Origin: the human T2T-CHM13v2.0 reference genome, Homo sapiens
Length of the DNA stretch: 64,000 nucleotides
Assembly (NCBI RefSeq): GCF_009914755.1
Contig: NC_060939.1
Reading direction: 5' to 3' (one strand)
Shown here one piece after another: positions 40,779 to 56,600 of the stretch. The notes below the pieces were generated by a model. It had not been told where the DNA came from. It did not search any database and saw only the letters and a program-made list of their open reading frames with translations. The position numbers were made by a program, and so were the translations under genes. How positions within the stretch are numbered: the stretch's first letter is position 1; every line of letters starts with the position of its first letter.

Positions 40779-41657
40779 TTTTAATTTATTTATTTATTTC
40801 ATTTTATTATTATTATACTTTAAGTTTTAGGGTACATGTGCACAATGGGCAACTTAGTTACATATGTATACATGTGCCAGTCTGGTGTCCTGCACCCATT
40901 AACTCATCATTTAGCATTAGGTATATCTCCTAATGCTATACCTCCCCCCTCCCCCCCACCCCACAACAGTCCCCAGAGAATGACGTTCCCCTTCCTGTGT
41001 CCATGTGTTCTCATTGTTCAATTCCCACCTATGAGTGAGAATATGTGGTGTTTGGTCTTTTGTTCTTGTGATAGTTTACTGGGAATGATGATTTCCAATT
41101 TCATCCATGTCACTACAAAGGACATGAACTCATCATTTTTTATGGCCGCATAGTTCCATGGTGTATATGTGCCATATTTTCTTAATCAAGTCTATCATTG
41201 TTGGACATTTGGGTTGGTTCCAAGTCTTTGCTATTGTGAATAGTGCCACAATAAACATACGTGTGCATGTGTCTTTATAGCAGGATTATTTATAGACTTT
41301 TGGGTATATACCCAGCAATGGGATGGCTGGGTCAAATGGTATTTCTAGTTCTAGATCCCTGAGGAATCGCCACACTGACTTCCACAATGGTTGTACTAGT
41401 TTACGGTGCCACCCACAGTGTAAAAGTGTTCCTATTTCTCCACATCTTCTCCAGCACCTGTTGTTTCCTGACTTCTTAATGATTGGCATTCTAATTGGTG
41501 TGTGATGGTATCTCATTGAGGTTTTGATTTGCATTTCTCTGATGGCCAGTGATGGTGAGCATTTTTTCATGTGTTATTTGGCTGCATAAACATATTCTTT
41601 TGAGAAGTGTATGTTCGTGTCCTTCACCCACTTTTTGAAGGGTTTGGTTGTTTCTTT
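40779..41657 (-). mobile_element. 5'-truncated L1 (L1PA2/3-like), ~880 bp
   Basis: Poly-T tail, antisense 3'UTR and ORF2 C-terminal Cys-rich peptide ([17 protein letters not shown]). Candidate TSD tatatttc / tatttttc. Confidence 0.95.
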
Positions 41658-44600
41658 TATTTTTCCTTTTTAAACGTATGCCTCAAAGCACTCCAGTTAT
41701 CCATTTGCAGATACTGCAGAAAGACTGTTTCCAAACTGCTCAATCAAAAGAAAGGTTCAACTCTGTGAAATGAATGCACACATCAGAAGGAAGTTTCTCA
41801 GAATGCTTCTGTCTAGTTCTTATCTGAAGATATTTCCTATTTCCCCAGAGGCCTCAGTGGGCTGAAAAATATCCCTATACAGATTCTACAAAACTACTGT
41901 TTCCAAACTGCTCAATCAATACAAAGGTTCAAGTCTGCGATATTAATGCACACATGACAAAGAAGTTTCTCAGAATGCTTCTTCATATTTTTTATGTGAA
42001 GATATTTCCTTTTTCACCATAGGTCTCAAAGCATTCCAAATATCCACTTGCAGATTCTACAAAAAGACTGATTCCAAACTGTGCAATCAAAAGAAAGTTT
42101 CAACTCTGTGAGATGAAAGCACATATCACGAATAATTTTCTCAGAAATTTTCTGTTTAGTTTTTATGTGAATATATTTCCTATTACCCCATAAGCCTCAA
42201 TGGGAACAAAAATACCCCTTCACAGATTCTACAAAATTACGGGCTCCAAACTGCTCAATAAAAAGAAAGTTAAACCCTGTGAGATGAATGCACATATCAC
42301 AAAGAAGTTTCTCAGAATGCTTCTGTCTAGTTTCTATGTGAAGATATTACCTTTTCCACTATAGGATGCAAAACGCTCCAAATATCGACTTGCAGATTCT
42401 ACAAAAAGAGTTTTCAAAACTGCTCAATCAAAAGAAAGATTCAACTCTGTGAAATGAATGCACACATGATAAAGAAGTTTCTCAGAATGCTTCTGTCTAG
42501 TTTTTATGTGAATATATTTCCTTTTCCACCATAGGCCTCAAAGCAAAGAAAGTATCTGTTTGCAGATTCCAAAAAAGACTGTTTCCAAACTTCTCAATCA
42601 AAAGAAAGGTTCAACTCTGTGAGATGAATGCATACATCACAAAGAAGGTTCTAAGGAAGCTTATCTCTAGTTTTTATATGAAGATATTTCCTATCGCCCC
42701 ACAAGCATCAATGGGTTCACCAATATCCCAATGTAGATTCTACAGTTGGAAAACTGCTCAATCAAAGGAATAGTTTAACTCTGTAAAATGAATGCACACA
42801 TCACAAAGAAGTTTTTCAGAATGCTTCTCTTCTGTTTTAATGTGAAGATATTTCCTATTCCACCATAGGGCTCAAAGTGCTCCAAATATCCACTTGCAGA
42901 TTCTACACAAAGAGTGTTTCAAAACTGCTCAATCAAAGGAAAGTTTCAAATCTGTGACATTAATGCTCACATCACAAAGCAGTTTCTAAGAATCCTTCTG
43001 TCTGGTTTTTATGTGAGGATACTTCCTTTTTCACCACAGGCCTCAAAGAGCTCCAAAAATCCATTTGCAGATACTACAAAAAGTTTGTTTCCAAACTGCT
43101 CAATAAAGAGAAAGGTTCAAATATGAGAGATGAAACCACACACCACAAAGAAGTTTCTCAGAATTCTTCTTTGTGGTTTTTCTGTGAAGATATTTCCTTT
43201 TCCACCATAGGCCTCAAAGCGCAACAAATATCCACTTGCTGATTCTATAAAGAGTGTTTCAACACTGCTCAATCAAAACAACGGTTAAACTCTGTGAGAT
43301 GAAAGCACACATCACAAAGAATTTTCTCAGAGTACTTCTGTCTAGTATTTATGTGAAGATATTTCCTTTTCCACCATAGGCCTAAAGCTCTCCAAATATC
43401 AATTTAAAGACACTACAAAAACACTTTCTCCAAACTGCTGAATCAAAAGAAAGGTTCAACTCTGTGAGTTGAATGCACACATCACAAAGAAGTTTCTCAG
43501 AATGCTTCTATCTAGTTTTTATGTGAAGATATTTCCTTTTCCACTATAGGCCTAAAAGCTCTCCAAATATCCATTTGCAGATACTACAAAAAGACTGTTT
43601 CCAAACTGCTGAATCAAAAGAAAGGTTCAACTACATGAGTTGAATGCACACATCACAAAGAAGTTTCTCAGAATGCTTCTGTCCAGTTTTTATGTGAAGA
43701 TATTTCCTTTTCCACCATAGGCCTCAAAGCGCTAAAAATATCCACTTGAAGATCCTACAGAAAGAGAGTTTCAAAAGTGCTCAAACAAAAGAAAGGTTCA
43801 ACGCTGTGACATGAGTGCACATATCACAAAGAAGTTTCTCAGAATGCTTCTGTCTAGTTTTATGTGAATATATTTCCTTTTCCACTGTAGGCCTCAAAGC
43901 ACTCCAAATATCAACGTGCAGATTCTGCAGAAAGAGTTTTTCAAGCTCTCAATCAAAAGAAAAGTTCAACTCTGTGAGACGAATGCACACATCATTAAGA
44001 AGTTCCTCAGAATGCTTCTGTCTATTTTTTATGTGAAGATATATCCTTTTCTACCATAGACCTCAAAGCACTCCAAATATCCCCTTGCAGTTTCTACTAA
44101 AAGAGTGTTTCCAAACTGCTCAATCAAAATAAAATTTCAACTCTGTGAGATGAATGCACACATCACAAAGAAGTTTCTCAGTAATTTTCTGTCTAGTTTT
44201 TATGTGAAGATATTTCCTTTCCTACTATAGGCCTGAAAGTGCTCCAAATATCCATTTGCAGATATTGCAAAAAGACTTTATCCAATCTGCTCAATGAAAT
44301 GAAAGTTCCAACTCTGTGAGTTGAATACACGCATCTCAAAGAGATTTCTCAGAATGGTTCTGTCTAGTTTTTATGTGAAGATATTTGCTTTTCTGCCAGT
44401 GGCCTCAAACTCTCCAAATAACCACTTGCAGATTCTACAATAAGAGTGTTTAAAAACTGCTCAATCAAAAGAAAGGTTTAACTCTGTGAGATGAATGCAC
44501 ACATCACAAAGCACTTTCTCAGAATGCTTCTGTTTAGTTTTTATGTGAAGATATTTCCTTTTTCACCATAGGCCACAAAGTGCTCCAAATATCTCCTTCA

Positions 44601-47600
44601 GATTCTACAGAAAGAGTGTTTCCAAACTGCTCAATCAAAAGAAAGGTTCAACTCTGTGAGTTGAATGCGCACATCACAAAGAATTTTCTCAGAATGCTTT
44701 TGTCTAGTTTTCATGTGACGATATTTCCTTTTCCACCAGACTCCTCAAAGTGCTCCAAAAATCCACAAGCAGATTCCATAAACAGAGTATTTCTAAACTG
44801 CTGAATCAAAAGAAAGTTTCAGCTCTGTGAGATGAATGCACACATCAGAAAGAAGATTATCAGAATGCTTCTGTGTAGTTTTTATGTGAAGATATTTCCT
44901 GTTCCACATTAGGACTCAAAGCACTTCAAATATCCCTTGCAGATTCTACAAAAAGAGTGTTTCAAAACTGCTCAATCGAAAGAAAGGTTCAAGTCTGTGA
45001 GATGAATCCACATCTCACAAAGAAGTTTCTCAGAATGCTTCTGTCTAGTTTTTATTTGAGGATATACCCTTTACCACAATAGGCTGCAAAGCGCTCCAAA
45101 TATCCACTTTCAGATTCTTTAAAAAGAGTGTTTCCAGACTGCTCAATCAAAAGAAAGTTTCAACTCTGTTAGTTGAATGCACACATTACAACGAAGTACC
45201 TCAGAATACTTCTGTCTAGTTTTTAGGTGAAGATATTCCCTTTTAAACTGTAGTCCACAAAGCGCTCCAAATATCCACTAGCAGATTCTACAAAAAGAGC
45301 GTTTCAAAACTCCTCAATCAAAACAAGGATTCAACTGTGTTAGTTGAATGCACACATCACAAAGAAGTTTCTCAGAATGCTTCTCTCTAGTTTTTATGTG
45401 AAGATATTTCCTTTTCCACCGTAGGCCCCGAAGCACTCCAAATATCCACTGGTAGAGTCTACAAATATGTGTTTCAAAACTACTCAATCAAAAGAAAGTT
45501 CAACTCTGTGAGATGAATGCACGCATCACAAAGTCGTTTCTCAGAATGCTTCTGTCTAGTTTTATTTGAAAATATTTCCTTTATACCTTAGGACCCAAAG
45601 CACTCCAAATATCCACCTTCAGATTCTACAAAAAGTGTGTTTCAAAACTGCTCAATCAAAAGAAAGGTTCAAACCTGTGAGATGAAGGCACACATCACAA
45701 AAAAGTTTCTCAGAATGCTTCTATCTATTTTTAATGAGAAGATATTTCCTTTACCACTGTAGGACTGAAAGCGCTCCAAATATCCACTTACAGATTCTAC
45801 AAAAAGAGTGTTTCAAAACTGCTCAATCAAAGGAAAAGTTCTACTCTGTGAGAAGAATGCACACATCGCAAAGATGTTTTGCAGAGTGCTTCTGTCTATT
45901 TTTTATGTGAAGATATTTCCTTTTCCACTTGAGGCCAGAAAGCACTTCAAATATCCAATTGAAGATTCTAAAAAAGAGTGTTTCAAAACTGCTCAATCAA
46001 AGGAAAGGTTCAATTCGCTGAGCTGAATGTGCACATCAGAAGGAAGTTTTTCAGAATACCTCTGTGCAATTTTTATGTGAAGATATTTCCTATTCCTCAA
46101 TAGGCCCCAAGGCTCTCCAAATATCCACTTGCAGATTCAACAAAAAGTGTGTTTCAAAACTGCTCAATCAAAAGAAAGGTTCAACTCTGTGAGAGGAACG
46201 CTCACATCACAAACAGGTTTCTCAGAATGCTTCTGTCTTGTTTCTGTGTGAAGGTATTTCCTTTTCCACTAGTGGATGCAAAGCACTCCAAATATCCACT
46301 TGCAGATTTTACAAAAGGGTGTTTCTAAAGTGCTAAATCAAAACAAAGTTTCAAGTCTGTGAGATGAATGCACATATCCCAAAGAAGTTTCTCAGAATGC
46401 TTCTGTCTAGTTTTTATTTGAAGATATAAAATTTTCCACTATAGGCCACAAAGCGCTTCAAATATCCACTTGCATATTCTTCAAAAAGAGTGTTTAAAAA
46501 TTGCTGAATCAAAAGAAAGTTTCAACTGTGTAAGATGAATACACACATCACAAAGAAGTTTCTCAGAATGCTTCTGTCTAGTTTTTATGTGAAGATATTT
46601 CCTCTGTCATAGGCAACAAATCACTCCAAATATCTATTTACAGATTCTACAAAAAGTGTGTTTGAAAACTGCTCTATCAAAACAAAGTTTCAACTCTGTG
46701 AGATGATTGCACACATCATAAAGAAGTTTCTCAGAATGCTTCTGTGTAGTGTTTATGTGAAGATATTTCCTTTTCCACCATAGGTCTCAAAGCGTTCCAT
46801 ATATCCACCTGCTGATTCTACAAAAAGAGTGTTTCAAAACTACTTAATCAAAAGAAATGTTCAACCCAGTGAAATGAATGCACTCGTCACAGAGAAGATT
46901 CCCAGAATGCTTCTGTCTAGTTTTTATGTGAAGATATTTCCTTTTCCACTATAGGAGGCAAAGCGTTCCAAATATCCAATTGCAGATTCCACAAAAAAGT
47001 GTTTCAAAACTGCTCAATGAAAAGAAATGTTGAATTGTGTGTCATAAATACATGCATCATAAAAGAGTTTCTAAGAATGCTTCTGTCTGGTTTTCATGTG
47101 AAGATATTTCCTTTTCCAATATAGACCTCAAAGCACTCCAAATATACATTTGCAGGTGCTACAAAAAGAATGTTTCCAACCTCCTCAAAGATACGATCTT
47201 TGTGAGTTGAATGCACACATCACAAAGTAGTTTCTAAGAATGCTTCTGTCCAGATTTTATTTGAAGATATTTCCTTTACCAACATAGGCCTCAAATCTCT
47301 CCAAATATCGAATTGCAGATTCTACAAAAACAGTGTTTGAATACTGTTCAAACAAAAGAAAGGTTCAACCCTGTGAGATGAATGCACACATCACAAAGAA
47401 GTTTCTCAGAATGCTTCTGTGCAGTTTTTATGTGAAGATATTTCCTTTACCACCATAGGCCTCAAAACGCTCCAAATATCGACTTACAGATTCTACAAAA
47501 AGAGTGTTTCAAAACTGCTCAATCAAAAGAAAGGTTCAACTCTTTGCAATGAATGCACACATCACAAAATAGTTTTTCAGAATCCTTCTGTCTAGTTTTT

Positions 47601-50600
47601 ATGTGAATATAGATTCTTTTCCACTATAGGCCACAAAGTGCTCCAAACACCCACTTGCATATTCTACAAAAAGAGTGTTTCAAAACTCCTCAATAGAAAA
47701 AGTTTCAACTCTGAGGTGAATGCACACATCACAAAGAAGATTCTCAGAATGCTTCTTTCTAGTTTTTATGTGAAGATATTTGCTTTCCCACCATAGGCTG
47801 CAATGGTCACCAAATATCCACTTGCAGATTTTACAAAAATAGTGTTTCAAAACTGCCCAATCTAAAGAAAGGTTCGACTCTGTAAGTTCAATGTACACAT
47901 CACAAAGAAGTTTCTCAGAATGCTTCTGTCTACCTTTTATCCAAAGTTATTTCCTTTTCCACTATACTCAGAAAAGCCCTCCGAATATCCACTTGCAGAT
48001 TCTACAAAAGAAGTGTTTCAAAACTGCACAATCAAAAGAAAGTTTCAACTCTGTGAGTTGTATGCACACATCAGAAAGAAGTTTCTCAAAATGCTTTTGT
48101 GTAGTTTTTATGTGAAGATATTTCCTTTTCCACCGTAGGCCCTAAAGCTCTCCAAATATCCACTTGCAGATTCTACAAAAAGAGGGAATCAAAAATGCTC
48201 AATCAAAAGAAAGGTTCAACTGTGTGAGCTGAAGTCACACATAACAAAGCCGTTTCTCCGAATGCTTCTCCGTAGTTTTTATGTGAAGATATTTCCATTT
48301 CCACCATTCTCTCCAAAGCGCTCCAAATATCCACTTGCATGTTCTATAAAAAGAGTGTTTCAAAACTGCTCAATGAAAAGAAAGTTTCAACTCTGTGAAA
48401 TGAATGGACACATCACAAAGACGTTTCTCAGAATGCTTCTGTCTAGTGTTTATGTGAAGATATTTCCTTTTCCACCACATGCCTCAAAGCGATCTAAATA
48501 TGCACTTGCAGATTCTACGAAGAGTGCTTCAAAACTGCTGAATCAAAAGAATGGTTCAAATCTGTGAGATGAACGAACACATCACAAAGAAGTTGCTCAA
48601 AATGCTTCTGTCTAGTTTTTATGAGAAGATAATCCTTTTCCACCATTGGCCCCAATGGGCTCCAAATATCAACTGCATATCCTACAAACAGTGTTTAAAA
48701 AATGCTAAATCAATAGAAAGTTTCAACTCCATGAGATGTATGCACACATAACAAAGAAGTTTCTCAGAATGCTTCTCTCTAGTTTTTATGTGAGGATATT
48801 TCCTTCTCCACCATAGGACTCAATGCACTCCAAATATCCACTGGCAGATTCTAGAAGAAGAGCGTTTCAAAACTGCTCAATCAAAAGAAATTTTCAAATT
48901 TGTGAGATGAATGCACACATCACAAAGAAGTTTCTCAGAGTAATTCTGTCTAGTTTTTATGTGAAGATTTTTCATTTACCACCATACTCATCAAAGCGGT
49001 CCAAATATCCACTTGCACATTCTACAAAGAGAGTGTTTCAAAACTGCTCAATCAAAAGAATGGTTCAACTATGTGAGATGAATGCAAACATCACAAAGAG
49101 GTATTTCAGAATGCTTGTGTGTCGTTTTTATGTGAAGATGTTTCCTTTACCACCATAGGACTCAAAGAGCTCCAAATATCCACTTACAGATACTCCAAAA
49201 AGAGTATTTCAAAAGTGCTCAATCAAAAGAAAGGTTGAACTCCTTGAGATGAATGCACACATCACAAAGAAGTTTTTCAGAATGGTTCTGTCTAGTTTTT
49301 ATGTGAATATGCATCCTTTTCCACTATAGGCCACAAAGTGCTCCAAATATCCACTTGCAGATTCTACAAAAAGAGTGTTTCAAAACGGCTCAATCAAATT
49401 AAAGGTTCATCTCCTTGAGATGAATGCACAAATCACAAAGAAGTTTCTCAGAAAGCTTCTGTGCAGTTTTTATGTGAAGGTATTTCCTTTTACACCATAG
49501 GCCACAAAGAGCTCCAAATATTCACTAGCAGATTCCACATAAAGAGAGTTTCAAAACTCGTCTATCAAAAGATAGGTACAACTCTGAGTTCAATACACAT
49601 CTCAAAGAAGTTTCTCAGAATGCTTCTGTTTAGTTTTTATGTGAAGATATTTCCATTTCTACAATAGGCCTCAAAGCGCTCCAAGTATCTGCTTGTAGAT
49701 TTTACTAAAAGAGTGTTTCCAAACTGCTCAATCAAAAGAAAGTTACAAATCTGTGAGGTGAATGAACAAATCACAAAGAAGTTTCTCAGAATGCTTCCGT
49801 GTAGCTTTTATTTGAAGACATTTCCTTTTCCACAATAGGTCTCTAAGCACTAAAAATATCCACTTGCAGATTCTACAAATAGTGGGTTTCAAAACTGCTC
49901 AATCAAAAGAAATGTTCACCACAGTGTGTTGAACGAACATGTCGCAAAGAAGTTTCTCAGAATGCTTCTGTGTAGCTTTATGTGAAGATATTTCCTTTTC
50001 CACCATAGGCCTCAACGTACTCCAAATATCTACTTGCAGATTCTACAAAAAGTGTGTTTCAAAATTGCTCAATCAAAAGAAAGTTGATCTCTGTGAGATG
50101 AATGCACACATTGCAAAGAAGTTTCTCAGAATGCATCTGTGTTGTTTTTATGTAAAGATATTTTCTTTTCCACAGTAGGCCTCTAGGGGCTCCAAATATC
50201 CACTTGCAGATTCTACAAAAAGACTGTTTCAAAACTGCTTGGTGAAAAGATAAGTTCAACTCTCTCAGATGAATGAACACATGAAAATGAAGTTTCTCAG
50301 AATGCTTTTGTGTAGTTTTTATGTGAAGATATTTCCTTTTCCACCAGAGGCCACAAAGGACTCCAAATATCCACTTGCAGATTCTACAAAAAGAGAGTTT
50401 GAAAACTGTGCAATCAAAAGATAGATTCAAATCTGTGATTTGAATGCACACATCAGAAAGAAGTTTCTCAGAATGCTTCTGTGTAGCTGTTATGTGAAGA
50501 TATATCCTTTTCCACCATAGACCTCAATGCGCTCCAAATGTCCAGTTAGAGATACTACAAAAACAGTTTTTGAAAACTGCTCAATAAAACGAAAAGTTCA

Positions 50601-53600
50601 ACTCTGCGAGATGCACGCACACATCGCAAAGAAGTTTGTCAGAATGTTTCTGTGTTGTTTTCATGTGAATATATTTCCTTTTCATGATAGGCTTCAAAGC
50701 ACTCCAAATATCCAGTTGCAGATCCTATAAAAAAGAGTGTTTCAAAACTGCCCAATCAAAAGAAATGTTCAACTCTGTGAGATGAATGCACACATCACAA
50801 AGAAGTTTCTCAGAATGCTTCCGTGTAGTTTTTATGTAAAGATATTTCCTTTTCCAACACAGGACTCAAAAGGCTCCAAATATCCACTTGCAGGTTCTAC
50901 AAAAATAGTGTTTCTAAACAGATCAATCAAAAGAAATATTAAACTCTGTGAGATGAATGCACACATCACCAATACGTTTTTCATAATGATTCTGTGTAGT
51001 TTTTATGTGAAGATATTTCTTTTTCCACCACAGGCAGCAAGGGGCTCTAAATATCCACTTGTAGATTCTACAAAAAGAGATTTTCAAAGCTCCTCAATAA
51101 AAAGATAAGTTCAACTCTGTGAGTTGAATGCACACATCAAAAAGAAGTTTCTTTGAATGCTTCTGTGTAGTTTTTATGTGAAGATATTTCCTTTTACACA
51201 ATAGGCCTCAAAGCGCTCCAAATACCCACCTGCAGATTCCAAAAAAAGAGAGTTTCAAAACTGCTTATCGAAAGATAGGTTCAACTCCGTGAGTTGAATG
51301 CACACATCACAAATACGTTTCTCAGAATTCTTCTGGGTATTTTTTATGGGAAGATATTTCCTTTTCCTCAATATGCCTCATAGCACTGCAAATATCCGCT
51401 TGCAGATTGCACTAAAAGTGTATTTCCAAACTGCACAATCAAAAGAAAGGTGAAATGAATGCACACATTGCAAAAAGTATGTCAGACACTTTCTTTGTAG
51501 TTTTTATGTGAAGATATTTTCTTTTCCACAATAGGTCTCAAAGCTCTCCAAAGATCCACTTGCAGATTCTACAAAAGAGTGTTTCAAAACTGCTCAATCA
51601 AAAGAAAGGTTCAACTCTGTCAGATGAATGCACACATCACAAGATAGTTTGTCAGATTGCTTCTGTGTAGTTTTTATGTGAAGATATTTCCTTTTCCACC
51701 TTAGGCCGCAAAAGGCTCCACATATCCACTTGCAGTTTCTACAAAAAGAATATTTCCAAACTGATCAATCAAAAGAAAGTTTCAACTCTGTGACTTCAAT
51801 GCACACATCACAAAGAAGTTTGACAGAATTCTACTGTGTAGTTTCTATGTGAAGATATTTCCTTTGCCACAATAAGCCTCAAAGCACTGCAAATATCCAC
51901 TTGCAGATTCTACAAAAAGAGTTTTTCAAAACTGCTCTATCAAAGCAAAGGTTCAACTCTGTTAGATGAATGTACACATCACAAAGAAGTTCCTCAGAAT
52001 GCTTCTGTATAGTTTTTGTGTTAAGATGTTTCCTTTTCCACCGTAGGCTGCAAAGGGCTCCAAATATCCACTTGCAGATTCTACGAAAATAGTGATTCAA
52101 ATCTGCTCAATCAAAAGACAGGGTCAACACTGTGAGATGAATGCACACGTCACAAAGAAGTTTTTTCAGAATGCTTGTGTGTAGTTTTTATGTGAAGATA
52201 TTTCCTTTTATACCGCAAGCCAAAACGGGCTCCAAATATACACTTGCAGATTCTACAAAGGAAAGTTTCAAAACTGCTCAATCCAAAGATAAGTTCAACT
52301 CTGTGAGTTGAACGCACACATCACAAAGAGTTTCTCAGAATGCTTCTGTGTACTTTTTATGTGAAGATATTTCCTTTTACACCATAGACCTCAAATCACT
52401 CCAAATATCCACTTGCAGATTCTACAAAGCCAGTGTTTCAAATCTGCTCAATCAAAATAAAGTTTCAACTCTGTGAGATAAATATACACAGCACAAAGAA
52501 GTTTATCAGAATGATTCTGTGTAGTTTTTATTTAAAGTTATTTCCTTTTCCTCAATAGGCCTCAAAGTGCTCCAAATATCCACTTGCATATACTACCAAA
52601 TGAAAGTTTGAAAACTCCTCTGTCAAAAGAATGGTTCAGCTACGTGAGTTGAATGCCCATATCACAAAGAAGTTTCTCAGAATGCTTCTGTGTGGTTTTT
52701 AAATGAACACATTTCCTTTTCCACCAAAGGCCTCAAAGCGGTCCGAATATCCACTTGCAGATTCTACAAAAAGAGTGTTTCCTAACTGCTCAATAAAAAT
52801 AAACGTTCAACTCTGTTAGATGAATGCTAACATCACAAATAATTTTCTCAGAATGCTTCTATGTATTTTTTTGAAGATATTTCCTTTTCCACCATAGGTC
52901 ACAGAGGTCTCCAAATATACACTTGCAGATCCTACAAAAGGACAGATTCAAAAGTGCTCAATGAAAAGATAGGCTCAACTCTGTGAGATGAATGCACACA
53001 TCACAATATAGTTTCTCAGAATGCTTCTGTGTAGTTTTTATGTGAAGATATTTCCTTTGCCACAATAGGCCTCAAAGTGCTCCGAATATCCAACTGCAGA
53101 TTCTACAAAAAGAGTGTTTCAAAACTGCTGAATCAACAGAAAGTTTCAAATCTGTGAGATGAATGCACACATCACAAAGAAGTTTCACAGAACCCTTCTC
53201 TGTAGATTTTATGTGAAGATATTTCCTTTCTCCACCATAGGCTGCAAAGGGCTCCAAATATACACTTGTTGATCCTACAAAAAGAGTGGTTCAAAAGTGC
53301 TCAATAAAAAGAAATGTTCAACTCTGTGAGATGAATGCACACATTGCAAAGAAGTTTCTCAGAAGGCTTCTGTGTAGTTTTTTTGTGAAGATATTTCCTT
53401 TTCCAAAATAGGACTCAAAGCCCTCGAAGTATCCACTTGCAGAATCTACAAAAAGACTCTTTCAACACTGATCAATCAAAAGAAAGCTTCAACTCTGTGA
53501 GATGAAGGCACACATCACAAATAACATTCTCAGAATGCTTCTGGGTAGTGTTTACATGAAGATATTTGCTTTTCCATAATAAGCCCCAAAGCCATCCAAG

Positions 53601-56600
53601 TATCCACTTTCTGATTCTCCTGAAGGGTTTTTCCAAACTGCTCAACAAAAGAAAAGTTCAACACTGTGAGATGAAAACACACATCACAAAGAAATTTCTC
53701 AGAATTCTTCTATGTAGTTTTTATGTGAAGATATTTCCTTTTCCACCATAGGCCACAACGGGCTCCAAATATCCACTTGCAGATTCCACAAAAAGTGAGA
53801 TTCAAAACTGTTCAATCAAAAGATAGTTTATACCCTGTGAGTTGAATGCACACATCACAAAGAAGTTTCTCTGAATGCTTTTGCTTAGTTTTTATGTGAA
53901 GATATTCCCTTTCCACTACAGGCCTCAAAGCGCACCAAATATCCACTTGAAGATTCTACAAAAAGAGGGGTTCCAAGCTGCTCATTCAAAAGAAAGGTTA
54001 AACTCTGTGAGATGAATGCACACATCACAAAGAATTTTCTCAGAATGCATCTGTGTAGTTTCTATCTGAAAATATTTCCTTTTCCAATATAGGCTGCAAA
54101 GGGCTCCAAATATCCAGTTGCAGATTCTACAAAAACAGTGTTTCAAAACTGCACAATCAAAAGAAAGGTTCATCTCTATGAGATGAATACACACATGCCA
54201 AAGAAGTTGCTCAGAGTGCTTCTGTGTAGTTTTTGTGTGAAGATATTTCCTTTTCCACAGCAGGCTTGAAATCCCTCCAAGTATCCACTTGCAGATTCTA
54301 CAAAGAGAGTGTTTCAAAACTGCTCAATAATAAGATAGGTTCAAATCTATAAGATGAATGCACACATCACAAAGAAGTTTCTCAGAATGCTTCTCTGTAG
54401 TATTTATTTCAGGATATTTCCTTTTCCTCCATAGACTGCAAAGGGCTTCAAAAATCCACTTGCAGATTCTACAAAAAGCGAAATTCAAAACTGCTCAATC
54501 AAAAGATAGGTTCAACTCTGTGAGTTGAATGTACACATCACAAAGAAGTTTCTCAGAATGCTTCTCTGTAGTTTTTATTTAAAGATATTTCCTTTTTCTC
54601 AATTGGCTGCAAAGGGCTCCAAATATCCACTCGCAGATTCTACAAAAGGAGACATTCAAAACTGCTCAAGCAAAAGATAAGTTCAATTCTGTGAGTTGAA
54701 TGCACACATCACAAAGAAGTTTCTCAGAATGCTTTTGTGTAGTTTTTATTTGAAGATGTTTCCTTTGCCTCCATGCACGGCAAAGGGCTCCAAGTATCTA
54801 CTTGCAGATCCTAGAAAAAGAGAGTTCCAAAACTGCTCAATCAAAAGATAGGTTCAAGAATGTGAGTTGTATGCACACGTCACAAAGAAGTTTCTCAGAA
54901 TGCTTCTGTGTAGTTTTTATGGGAGGATATTTCCTCTTACAAAATAGGCCTCAAAGCCCAACAAATATCCACTTGCAGATTCTACAAAAACAGTATTTCA
55001 AAACTGCTCAATCAAAAGACAGATTAGACTCTGTGAGTTGAATGCACACATCACAAAGAACTTTCTCAGAAGGCTTTTGTGTAGTTTTTATGTGAACATA
55101 TTTCCTTTTCCACAATATGCCTCAAATCGTTCCACGGATCCACTTGCAGATTCTTCTAAGAGAATGTTTGAAAACTGCTAAACCATAACATAGGTTCAAC
55201 TCTGTGAGATGAATGCACACATCACAGTGACGTTTCTCAGAATGATTCTGTGTAGTTTCTATGTGAAGATATTTCCTTGACCACCATAAGAAAAAAAGGG
55301 CTCCAAATATCCACTTGCAGATTCTACAGAAACAGTGTTTCTAAGCTGCTCAATCAAAAGAAAGTTTCAACTCTGGGAGATGAATGCCCACATCACCATG
55401 AAGTTTCTCAGAATGGTTCTGTGTGTTTTTTATGTGAAGATATTTCCTTTTACACCATATGCCTCAAAGTGCTCCAAATATCCTCTTGCAGATTCTACAA
55501 AAAGAGTGTTTTCAAACTGCTCAATAATAAGATAGGTTCAACTCTGTGATATTAAGGAACACATCACATAGAAGTTTCTCAGAATGCTTCTGTGTAGTTT
55601 TTATTTGAAGATATTTCCTTTTCCACCGTAGGCTGCAAAGGGCTCCAAATATCCACTTGCAGATAATAAAAAAAGTGAGATTCAAAACTGCTCAATCAAA
55701 ATATAAGTTTAACTCTGTGAGTTGAATGTACACATCACAAAGAAGTTTCTCAGAATGCTTCTGTGTAGTTGTTATGTGAAGATACTTTCTATTCCAAAAT
55801 AGGCCTAAAATCCCTCCAAATATCCACTTGCAGATTCTACAAAAAGAGAGTTTCCAAACTGCTAAATCAAAAGAAAAGTTCAAAACTGTGTGATGAATGC
55901 ACTCATCACAAAGAAGTTTCTTAGAATACTTCTCCATACTATTCATGTGAAGATATTTCCTCTTCCACAATAGGACTCAAAGCACTCCAAATATCCACTT
56001 GCACATTCTACAAAAAGTGTGTTTCAACACTGTTCAATCATAAGATATGTTCAACTATGTGAGTTGAATGCACACATGACAAAGTAGTTTCTCAGAATGC
56101 TTCTGTGCATTTTTTATTTGAAGATATTTCCCTTTCCAAAATAGACCTCAAAGCCCTCCAAATATCGACTTTCAGATCCTACAAAAAGAGTGTTTTAAAA
56201 CTGCTCAGTCAAAAGAAATGTTCAACTCTGTGTGATGAATGCATTCATCACACATTAGTTTGTCAGAATGCTTCAGTGTAGTTTTTATGTGAAATTATTT
56301 CCTTTTCTACAATAGGCCTCAAAGCACTCCAAATATCCACTTTCTGATCCACAAAAACAGTGTTTCAAAACTGCTATATCAAAAGAAATTTCAACTCTGT
56401 GAGATGAATGCACACATCACAAATAATTTTCTCAGAATGCCTCTGTGTAGTTTTTATGTGAAGATATTTGCTTTTCCACAGTAGGCCTCAAAGCGCTCCA
56501 AGTATCCACTTGCAGATTCTACAAAAACAGTGTTTCAAAAACTGCTCAATCAAAAGAAATGTTCAACTCTGTGAGATGAATGTACACAGCACAAAGTAGT

